NCBI GenBank assembly: GCA_964035545.1
Contig: OZ037769.1
Location: 17,514,633-17,578,632, forward strand
Direction: 5' to 3'
DNA from: Bugula neritina
Taxonomy: Eukaryota; Animalia; Bryozoa
DNA length: 64,000 nucleotides
Every line of letters starts with the position of its first letter. Position 1 is the first letter of the stretch. The notes under the pieces are model-generated. The model searched no databases. It saw nothing but the letters and a program-made list of their open reading frames with translations, and had not been told where the DNA came from. Below, piece after piece: positions 40,801 to 52,800 of this stretch. Made by a program: the position numbers and the translations under genes.

Positions 40801-43800
40801 TGTTACAGTAGAGTCACACTGTATATGTTACACTGTGTGTGTTACAGTAGAGATACACTGTATGTGTTACAGTAGAGTTACACTGTATATGTTACAGTAG
40901 AGTTACACTGTATATGTTACACTGTATATGTTACAGTAGAGATACACTGTATGTGTTACAGTAGAGTTACACTGTATATGTTACAGTAGAGATACACTGT
41001 ATGTGTTACAGTAGAGTTACACTGTATATGTTACAGTAGAGTTACACTGTATATGTTACAGTAGAGTTACACTGTATATGTTACAGTAGAGTTACACTGT
41101 ATATGTTACAGTAGAGTTACACTGTGTGTGTTACAGTAGAGTTACACTGTGTGTGTTACAGTAGAGTTACACTGTGTGTGTTACAGTAGAGTTACACTGT
41201 ATATGTTACAGTAGAGTTACACTGTGTATGTTACAGTAGAGTTACACTGTGTGTTACAGTAGAGTCACACTGTATATGTTACAGTAGAGTTACACTGTGT
41301 GTGTTACAGTAGAGTTACACTGTATATGTTACACTGTATATGTTACAGTAGAGATACACTGTATGTGTTACAGTAGAGTTACACTGTATATGTTACAGTA
41401 GAGTTACACTGTATATGTTACAGTAGAGTTACACTGTATGTGTTACAGTAGAGTTACACTGTATATGTTACAGTAGAGTTACACTGTATATGTTACACTG
41501 TATATGTTACAGTAGAGATACACTGTATATGTTACAGTAGAGTTACACTGTGTGTTACAGTAGAGTTACACTGTATATGTTACACTGTATATGTTACAGT
41601 AGAGTTACACTGTATATGTTACAGTAGAGTTACACTGTATGTGTTACAGTAGAGTTTCACTGTATATGTTACAGTATATGTTACACTGTGTGTGTTACAG
41701 TAGAGTTACACTGTATGTGTTACAGTAGAGTTACACTGTATATTATGTTACACTGTATGTGTTACACTGTATGTGTTACAGTAGAGATACACTGTATGTG
41801 TTACAGTAGAGTTACACTGTATGTGTTACAGTAGAGTTACACTGTGTATGTTACACTGTATGTGTTACAGTAGAGATACATTGTAGGAACATGCTGTTTC
41901 TATTCGTCCTGACCACTCAGTGATATCTGCATACGAATTACATCATAATCAGCGACGCAGACGTGCTAGGAGCTCAGATGATATTCTCTCCCCTAAAGCC
42001 AGGACCTCTTTGGCATTGGAGTCGGTTGCTGCACCAACGAGGTGAGTCAGAAATGTGTTGATATCCTAGCACTCTAATATCATACATAGAATATGTTGAT
42101 ATCCTAGCACTCTAATATCATACATAGAATATGTTGATATCCTAGCACTCTAATATCATACATAGAATATGTTGATATCCTAGCACTCTAATATCATACA
42201 TAGAATATGTTGATATCTTAGCACTCTGATATCATACATGGAATATGTTGATATCCTAGCACTCTAATATCATACATAGAATATGTTGATATCCTAGCAC
42301 TCTAATATCATACATAGAATATGTTGATATCCTAGCACTCTAATATCATACATAGAATATGTTGATATCCTAGCACTCTAATATCATACATAGAATATGT
42401 TGATATCTTAGCACTCTGATATCATACATGGAATATGTTGATATCCTAGCACTCTAATATCATACATAGAATATGTTAATATCCTAGCACTCTAATATCA
42501 TACATGGAATATGTTAATATCCTAGCACTCTAATATCATACATGGAATATGTTAATATCCTAGCACTCTAATATCATACATGGAATTATAAGATCTCTTG
42601 ATTGCTTATTAAAAAGCTGCAGCAAGCTACCAGATACATTCGGTTCTGGATGTTTATTCTTCATCTGTTAGACGAGGAAATACCCTCAAGATAAAAGACC
42701 GAGCCATACCGACAAGAGTGAGACAGCAGGCAGCATTAAACAGTCCTTTTATAGAAGTCAGCCAATCACAGCAGAGTACTACTGGCCAATCACAGCAGAG
42801 TACTACTGGCCAATCACAGCGGAGTACTACTGGCCAATCACAGCAGAGTACTACTGGCCAATCACAGCGGGATACAACTGGTCATAGCAGCTCACTAGAT
42901 AATCTTACACACACAGGTTACGTGGCAAATATAAAGAATGTCTTCTCACCAGATGGCGACCCGAACAAGCAGGTATGTTACATCTACTGTATGTCTCGTG
43001 TCTTCACCTTCACCAACACACTCTGGTATTCTCTGTTATACACTCATATACTCTAACAGCCTGTACTCTTGTAGTACTTTGGAGTTCACAGTTTAGATGT
43101 TGCAAAAGTGCAGCTAAGTAACAAAGAAGGGGAAAGAAAGTCAAGAAACACAGCTAAGAAGGTAAAACAGCTAACTACTGAAAACTGGAAACGGTTAAAT
43201 GACATAATTGTGAGCTTTAATCACTCCAGAGCTGTTTGTTTGTAGAATGAGGCTGTTGGGGCAATGGACCAGAGAGATACCAGACAACCTTGGTTCATGG
43301 GACAAGAGCCATCTCCAAGGAAGGGCAATCATCAAGTAGAGAGGTAGGCAGTAGTGTTTGAGAGTATAGTATATAGTGTATAGTACTCAGTTATAGAGTA
43401 GATTATATAGTATATAGTATATAGAGTATATAGTATTGTGATAGATTCTCATCCTCTACTGTTTTCAAGTAACTGCGTGTGTCAGTATTATAATGACTGT
43501 TGCGTATATTTTGAATGCTGTAATTGTAGCTAAGTTGCACTAGCTTTCTAATGCCTTATTATTGTGATTAAGCTTTCAGTATAATGTAATTTTCATTAAA
43601 TACGCATTTCCAGAGTTATTTTCTCTTTTTGCTATTTCATCGTTTTGCATTAATACTGATACTGGAAATTTGTGTAGCTTTTATGAATGCCTTCAATAGG
43701 TTGTTATTATAGCTAAACTCTTGGCCTATTGAATTATTCATTCTCCTTTGTCTATTTTTCTTTTGTTACTGTCAAGCTTAACTTTCTTTTGTCTGTTGGA

Positions 43801-46800
43801 ACATTCTAGATGTGAATTCTTGTGTATAAAAGCAGGCGAGTTTCCAGTGTAGATTCAGACTACTACTGGAGCTCGCTGGTAGTAGGACCACATAGGCTGT
43901 ATCTGATGCAAATAAAGTTTATCTTTCATTCGTATTCAAATACTTGGCTTATTCTCTCTAACGCAAAGAGTATGTTCAAGCACTAGTTGCATTCATAACC
44001 CACAGTTTACTACATTGGTGGCAGCGGTGGGATTCTACGAATAGCTAGTTGCTAAGAGAAATAGGATGGCCCCAGGGGACCCAGCCCCTGAGGCAGCAGC
44101 ACCACCAGCCCTCACTATTGAGGCGCTGGTCACAGCCCTCCAGGGATTGCGGGGGCAAGGACAGGCAGCACCTGGTGACAGGTATCGCCTCCAGCCCCCG
44201 ACTTTCGGAGGAGATGGAGACGTGGAACAGTTCATCAAAGAGTTCGAGGACGTGGCCGCCACCGCTGAATGGCCAGTACGGGTGCGCGTCCTCCAACTCC
44301 GGGCCTGTCTGACAGGCCGGGCCAGGAACTTCGCACTGGGACCCGATGAAGCCCACATCCTGCGGGCTCTTAGGGCCCGGTTCGGGTTGACCACGGAAGA
44401 GGCGTCAGACCAGCTACAAGTGATGAGGAGAGACCGAAGGACATCTCTGGAAGATCACGCTAACGAGGTAGAGCGCCTGGCTCAGGCTGCTTTCGGTCAC
44501 GCCACTGGCGACGATCGGAAGCGCCTCGTTTTTAACGCGTTCTTCCGGAGTGTGAACCACCCGGACCTCCAGCGGTACTGGCTAGCCGCGAAAGTCAAGA
44601 GCCTGGACGAAGCACTAGAAATGGGGAAGGCCTACTTCCAGGTGGAAGAGCCACGGAGGGCGAACTACGCAGCTCGCCAGGTGGCCGGAGATGCAGAAGA
44701 GGTACCCCCAACCCCACAAGTGGCAGCAGCAGCTACCCCGTCGCCTGAGCAGACGCAGCTCAACATGCTGATGAGCATGATGAAAGGCCTGCAGGCTACG
44801 GTGACGGAGTTGCAGCGCAACCAGACGGACAGGCGGGCTCCCCGCTCGCGGGACGACCCTGTGCGCCCCCCTATGCCCACTTGCTGGGAGTGCGGGATGC
44901 CAGGACATGTGAGAAGGCACTGCCCTAAGGGACAGAAGCCTTTAAACACCCGAGGCTCACGGTGAATTCCGCCACCCGTGGGCCCCACGCCAATCCGGTC
45001 CGGGATAGGACTCGGAAGACAACAGAAGAGACCTCTCCAGAGTCGACCTACATCGAGTGGCACGCAAACCGGAGATCTCGGAGACCGAAAGGCCTACCCG
45101 ATCCTCCTGCCCTGCCACTCGATACCCGGATGGAACTAGAAGAAACCGGATGGCAGGCACCTCGGAGATCTCGGAGACCGCAAGGTCTACCCGATCCTCC
45201 AGCCTGGCCACTCCGTAACCGGTTCGCGGGGTTGCCCGAGGAGGTTGTGGAGGAGGATTCAGCTTACTCGCAAGAGTATTCCAAGCTACCCTCCCGACCT
45301 CAGAAAACCCCCGTTGTCTCTAAGACGAAGAGGAGGCCCGCTGTGCGGACCCAAGTTGTGTCTCCCCCAGAGACTGACCGCTCCAGGAGCACCCAGCCGT
45401 ATGGAAGCAGCTACTTCCTGCCCGGAAAGATTTCGGGTAAAGCTGCCACATTCCTACTGGATACTGGGTGCACTACCAACCTGCTGAGTAGGCGTCTCTT
45501 TGATACCCTTGGTGCACGAGAGCGGGCGAGCCTCGAGCCGTATGAAGGTGCGCATGGTACGTTGGCGGACGGATCATGCATTCCTTTCTACGGCGTCATT
45601 TCACTACCTGGACGCGTCCGTGATCAAGCAGTTCACGAGACGTTCATAGTCAGCCAGCTGAAGGAGGACGCCATCTTGGGAATGCCCTTCCTGGAGAAAC
45701 ACCAGTGTCACATGGATTTCCAGAAGTCAGTGGTGGTGATGGCTGGGAAGGAACTTGTCTGTGTTGACAAGTTTGGCAGGCCCTTGGTGGGCGGAGTCCA
45801 GGTAGTGCGGGACTGCACAGTTCCGGGGAGGTCCCAGGCGACTCTCCGATGCAGAGTCAACTGCAAGGAGATCGCCGGCCTGGGGATGGTTGAAGGAACG
45901 CACGGAGCCATCCGACTAGCAAACAGCCTGAATCGGCTAGATTGTCGGCAAGAGCTCCTCGTGCAGTGCATCAACCCCTTCACGGAACCTGTCCAATTAT
46001 CGGCTGGAGCGCTGGTGGGGAAGTACCACTCCATCCAGGAAGCGGATGTGGGTCCGGCACTGGAGACAGTGGCCGACAACCAGGGAAACCCCCCTCACAC
46101 CAGACGAGAAGCAGTCCCGGAGCATCTGGCTGACCTGTATGGCGGAGCATGCGGAAACTGTACGAGTAGTACTGAACGCCAAGTACTGGCTCAACTACTC
46201 GCGGAGTACAGTGATGTCTTCAGTCGTGGCGATGGAGACATGGGGCTGACTAAGGTTATCTCCCACGAGATACCCCTGGCAGCCGACACCACTCCCATCA
46301 GGCAGCCTACCCGACGTCTGGGCCCGGAGAAGGAGAAGGAGGTGAGCCGACAGGTACAGGATCTTCTGGACCGGGATCTGATTGAGCCTGCCCACGGTGC
46401 GTGGAGCTCCCCAGTGGTCCTGGTCAAGAAGAAGGATGGTAGCTGGAGATTCTGCGTGGACTACCGCAGACTCAACAACGCTACCATCCAGGACGCCTAC
46501 CCTCTCCCCCGGATAGATGAGTCTCTAGACGCCCTCGCGGGTAGCAAGTACTTCAGTACTTTGGATCTGCTTAGTGGGTACTGGCAAGTGCCCCTCAGCC
46601 CTGATGCACAGGACAAAGCAGCATTCATTACTCGCGACGGGCTCTGGAAATGGAAAGTACTGCCATTCGGACTGACGTCCGCTCCGGCAACATTCCAACG
46701 ACTCATGGAGCAAGTCCTCAGTGGGTTACACTGGAAGACCCTCCTCATCTATCTGGACGACGTCATTGTCATCTCCCCAGACTTCTCGACTCATGTCAGC

Positions 46801-49800
46801 CGTCTGCGGGAGGTCTTTGACCGTCTCCGGGCTGCTGGACTGAAGCTGAAGCCCTCCAAGTGTGCACTCCTGCAGCCAGAAGTCACGTACCTGGGCCATG
46901 TGGTTGGCCGTGATGGGGTCGCTACCGATCCAGAGAAGGTACAAGCTGTGAAGGAGTGGACTGTCCCCCGTGACCTCCCTGAGTTGCGTGCTTTCCTGGG
47001 CCTAGTAGGGTACTACCGGCAGTACATACCTAGGTTCGCAGGAGTGGCTCAACCGTTAAATCGGTTGACCGCAAAGGGAGTCCGGTGGCAGTGGACACAG
47101 GAGGAGCAACAGGCATTCGACCACCTCAAGCAACGGCTAATGGAAGCGCCAATCCTGGCGTATCCTGATCCAGCCAAGGAGTACATCCTGGACACCGATG
47201 CCAGCGACCACAGCGTGGGAGCCGTCTTGTCTCAAGTCCAGGGTGGAAGTGAGGTGGTCGTGGCTTACTATAGCAAGACTCTCGCGGCCGCCGAGAAGAA
47301 CTACTGCACCACTAGGAAGGAACTCCTAGCAGTAGTCAAGGCGGTCAAGCACTTTCGGCCATATCTGTATGGGAAATCGTTCCGTCTGCGAACAGACCAT
47401 GCATCACTGATATGGCTGTGTAAACGTGCAGAGCCCTCGAGCCAGGTGGCTCGTTGGCTAGAGATTCTTGCTGAGTTCTCTTACCGGATAGAGCACCGTG
47501 CAGGCCGGAAGCATGGGAACGCCGACGGCATGAGCCGCCGGCCGGTAGAGGACTGTAAGCAATGCCTACACATTGAACAGCGGGACGGGGGACCCGCTCG
47601 CCTTGACGTGGAAGCAGGACTAGTGGAGGGCACCACCTACCAGTGGGAGCACGGCCATCTTCGGACCGAAACCCACCAGGACGGTGTCCAGGCACTCCAC
47701 GCCAACCCTACTCTGCACCAGAACGTCAAGGAGCTGTGCCGACTCCAGGAGACGCTACCCGGCGCGGTAGCGGACATCTTCCGGGCCAAGAAGGAGGGCC
47801 GACGGCCTAGCGAGGAACAGCAGCGACAGGGGGACGTTGAGTTCCAACTCCTCTGTCGTCGCTGGGATGCCCTCAAGGTCAGTCCCGATGGCCTCCTGAT
47901 GATAACGTTAGCAGCAGACAACCGCCAGCAGAAGAGGGACCGCGTCGTCTGTCCACGCGCCCTCCGGCGGGAACTGATCTGGGACACCCATAAGCAGGCT
48001 CATGCTGGAGTCAGTCGGGTCATCAGGTGTCTGCGGCTACGTTGGTATTGGCCCGGAATGACTCGGGACGTACGACTGCGGGTACGGCAATGCGAGGTCT
48101 GCCAAGCTAGCAAGCATGGCCGCCCCACGGAAACCACTGGTCGACGCCGGCTGTACGCTGGTCGACCGTGGCAAGTAGTGGCGGTAGACCTCGTCGGGCC
48201 TATGCCGTTATCCGCCAGAGGGAACACCTGGATACTGGTGCTCACGGACCACTTTACCCGGTGGGCGGATGCTCTGGCTATTCCAGACGCCACCGCCCCC
48301 ACGGTGGCCCGGACCCTGGACCAACATGTATTCTGTTACCTCGGTTTGCCCGAGCAGATACATACAGACCAGGGTGCCCAGTTCCAGTCCCAGCTCATGG
48401 GAGACCTCTGCCGGATATGGGGGGTGAACCAGAGTCGGACCACCCCATATCACCCGCAAGGGAACGGAGTCGTCGAGCGGAACAACAGGATGTTGGGTGA
48501 CGCGCTCCGGAGCCTGCTGCTTGGTCGAGGTCAGGAAGAATGGGACGTGGTGCTGCCGCAGATCATGCGGGCTTACCGCAGCACACCACACTCCGCCACG
48601 CAGGAGACCCCAAACTTCCTGATGTTAGGCCGAGAGACGCGGGTCCCGGAACACCTGACGTACCATGTTCCTGCCCCCGAGTCACCGGTACACGAATATG
48701 TGGAGGGTCTGATGGACATCATGGGCAAAGCTCATGATGCGCTGCGCACCCAGCAGTGGCAGACCCGCACAGAGGACTCGGAGGAGCCCCCGTTGTACCA
48801 AGTGGGAGACTGGGTCTGGATGGTGAGTTACCGTAGGCGGCGCGGACAGTCGGCTAAGCTTCAGCCCAAGTTCGTCGGCCCCTACTGCGTAGTAGAGGTG
48901 CTGCCCAACCACACATACCGTGTGGAGCGCTCTGGACAGGTCTCTGTCCAGAGCGAGCAGCGCCTCAAACCTTACCATGCCAGCCCAGACGCGGTGGGTC
49001 AGGCTCCACCCCTCTTGGAGCCCCACCGTCAGCCCAACCGTCGTGGACGGGCCACCCAGCCCCGTGAGGTGGAGATTATGGTCCCCAGGGAGGCGGACCA
49101 GGAGCAGGCCGCCTTGATAGAGCAGCTGGAGCGACAGCAGAGAGAAGAGCGGGAACAGGAACAGCGGCAAGCCCTAGGACCACCACCCTCCCTGGGGGAG
49201 GACACCCCCACCCCCGTGTTGGGTGAAGGCGGGGACCCCCCTACTAGGGTAGCACAGGAGCCACCAACACCACCGGTGCCTGTTCCAATTGAGAGGAGCC
49301 AGCGGTCAAGAAGACCCCCTAGGTATCTGGCAGACTATGCTGTAGGGCACCTGGAGTGGCCCCCTCATGAAGACAACCCACTCAGTACGGACGACCACCC
49401 CATCTTGGCTGGAAATTCCCTCCATCACCCCGGAGAATTCCACCAAGAAGAAGATTTCACACAGCTAGCACGTGAGTTACAGCTCAAGTTGAATTGTAAT
49501 CCTGATACCCCTAAGTATAATTTAAACACTGTTATTCAGACACTAGCATCAGCTATGGGAGTTACCTCGCCAGATACCCAAACAGAGGAGCGTAAGGATA
49601 CTGAGGAGGCCAGTCGATCCGACTCCCCTCCCCCACCAGCTCCTGTTTCGGCTCCCCGCAGCCAGCAGTACGACACCCCCTCTTCCGAGGTGTGTTCCGC
49701 CAGCGTTAGTGGCCCTGACCCCGAACCGGTTGAGCTCCAGCTCACAGCTGGGGAAGAGCAGGGCACTCTATACGGCGACCACCTCGCAGGCAGAGACGAA

Positions 49801-52800
49801 GAGGATCCTCCAATACTGGCAATGCCTCGGGCCCTGGTCGCCCGCCAGTATTGGATATCTGGAGCACCAGGCAACCAGATAGAAGAACAGACTCAGCCAA
49901 CCCACCCACAATTGCCTCGTCACGGGCAGAGTATGGCACTTCCTTACCGAGAGTGCGTCCTGGATAGCGCAATCGAGGCCTGGTCCCATATCCTCGATCC
50001 AAGTACAGAAGAGATAGAAAGCCTGGTGCACCACCTCTAATGATAAAACCGGACAACCAGGGGCCGCTGGCAATAGCCAACTGAACTGTAAATGTTCTCG
50101 TGTTACGTGTGATTAATCATAATACTGTCCTGTTAACCGCATATTTTTCTACGTTTGTGTTTCATTTTTTTGTGTGGAATCATTGTTTTGTTATCGAAAA
50201 GGGGATGCTTTTCGATGGGGGGAGAATGTGATAGATTCTCATCCTCTACTGTTTTCAAGTAACTGCGTGTGTCAGTATTATAATGACTGTTGCGTATATT
50301 TTGAATGCTGTAATTGTAGCTAAGTTGCACTAGCTTTCTAATGCCTTATTATTGTGATTAAGCTTTCAGTATAATGTAATTTTCATTAAATACGCATTTC
50401 CAGAGTTATTTTCTCTTTTTGCTATTTCATCGTTTTGCATTAATACTGATACTGGAAATTTGTGTAGCTTTTATGAATGCCTTCAATAGGTTGTTATTAT
50501 AGCTAAACTCTTGGCCTATTGAATTATTCATTCTCCTTTGTCTATTTTTCTTTTGTTACTGTCAAGCTTAACTTTCTTTTGTCTGTTGGAACATTCTAGA
50601 TGTGAATTCTTGTGTATAAAAGCAGGCGAGTTTCCAGTGTAGATTCAGACTACTACTGGAGCTCGCTGGTAGTAGGACCACATAGGCTGTATCTGATGCA
50701 AATAAAGTTTATCTTTCATTCGTATTCAAATACTTGGCTTATTCTCTCTAACGCAAAGAGTATGTTCAAGCACTAGTTGCATTCATAACCCACAGTTTAC
50801 TACAGTATATAGTGTATAGTACTCAGTTATAGAGTAGATTATATAGTATATAGTATATAGAGTATATAGTATATAGTGTATAGTACTCAGTTATAGAGTA
50901 GATTATATAGTATATAGAGTATATAGTATATGGTACTCAGTTACAGAGTATATAGTATATAGTACTCAGTTATAGAGTATATAGTATATAGTACTCAGTT
51001 ATAGAGTATATAGTATATAGTACTCAGTTATAGAGTATATAGTATATAGTACTCAGTTATAGAGTAGAGTATATAGTATATAGTACTCAGTTATAGAGTA
51101 GAGTATATAGTATATAGTACTCAGTTATAGAGTAGAGTATATAGTATATAGTACTCAGTTATAGAGTAGAGTATATAGTATATAGTACTCAGTTATAGAG
51201 TAGAGTATATAGTATATAGTACTCAGTTATAGAGTAGAGTATATAGTATATAGTACTCAGTTAAAAGGCAGAGTAGTGCAACTACATGTAGGTGTTGTCA
51301 AATTGACAGAATAGAAAACTTACCCGATTCAACGAGAAACATGAGAAGACAACGGCAAGGTCAGAGGTCAAGGTCAGCCGGTAGACTGCCATCTTCTGCA
51401 ATAAGCAAGATGACTAACTTTTTCATGGAGGAGGCAGATTATGGAGCGAGTCGTCGAGTGGTTAACTTGGAATCTGACGAAGATGTTGAGGTTGGTTGTA
51501 GGCAGGAGAGGTGGTTGTAAGCAGAAGAGGTGGTTGTAAGTAGAAGAGGTGGTTGTAAGTAGAAGAGGTGGTTGTAAGCAGAAGAGAGTCTTGTGAAGTG
51601 AGTTAGTGTAGGTTCAAGAATAAGCCGCTGTTCAGACCATAAGAATAGAGTATGAGACTAACTACTGTTCTCTATTCTCTACCACACTAGTATGTTCTCT
51701 ATTCTCTACCACACTAATATGTTCTCTATTCTCTACCACACTAATATGTTCTCTATTCTCTACCACACTAGTATGTTCTCTATTCTCTACCACACTAATA
51801 TGTTCTCTATTCTCTACCACACTAGTATGTTCTCTATTCTCTACCACACTAATCTGTTCTCTATTCTCTACCACACTAATCTGTTCTCTATTCTCTACCA
51901 CACTAGTCTGTTCTCTATTCTCTACCACACTAGTATGTTCTCTATTCTCTACCATACTAATATGTTCTCTATTCTCTACCACACTAGTCTGTTCTCTATT
52001 CTCTACCACACTAATATGTTCTCTATTCTCTACCACACTAGTATGTTCTCTATTCTCTACCACACTAGTCTGTTCTCTATTCTCTACCACACTAATATGT
52101 TCTCTATTCTCTACCACACTAGTATGTTCTCTATTCTCTACCACACTAGTATGTTCTCTATTCTCTACCACACTAGTACGTTCTCTATTCTCTACCATAC
52201 TAGTCTGTTCTCTATTCTCTACCACACTAGTATGTTCTCTATTCTCTACCACACTAATATGTTCTCTATTCTCTACCACACTAATATGTTCTCTATTCTC
52301 TACCACACTAATATGTTCTCTATTCTCTACCACACTAGTCTGTTCTCTATTCTCTACCACACTAGTATGTTCTCTATTCTCTACCACACTAGTATGTTCT
52401 CTATTCTCTACCACACTAGTCTGTTCTCTATTCTCTACCACACTAGTATGTTCTCTATTCTCTACCACACTAATCTGTTCTCTATTCTCTACCACACTAA
52501 TCTGTTCTCTATTCTCTACCACACTAGTCTGTTCTCTATTCTCTACCACACTAGTATGTTCTCTATTCTCTACCACACTAGTATGTTCTCTATTCTCTAC
52601 CACACTAATATGTTCTCTATTCTCTACCACACTGGTATGTTTTATATTCCATATTTTATTCTGTTGTAGAGTTTAGTTTCTGAGCAGTTTGTACACAGCC
52701 AACATTGTGAAGTTTCTACTCGCATGCCAAAGAGCAGTGCACTTCCTGTCAGAACCTCGGCAACCAATCAGAGAAAAGAAGGAAAGAGCAGATCAGAATC

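Larger units (their letters stand above)
43437..50804 (+). mobile_element. Full-length Ty3/Gypsy LTR retrotransposon (7368 bp)
   Basis: 578-bp TG...CA LTRs (43437-44014, 50227-50804); 4-bp TSD GTAT (43433-43436, 50805-50808); PBS and PPT present; gag and pol with PR-RT-RH-IN order. Confidence 0.98.

Noticed and set aside
44035-50080. Numerous antisense and overlapping ORFs inside the Gypsy element; possible env gene
   Set aside because: Such ORFs are expected in GC-rich coding DNA; there is no signal peptide or TM-bearing third ORF, and only ~190 nt lie between the pol stop and the 3' LTR.
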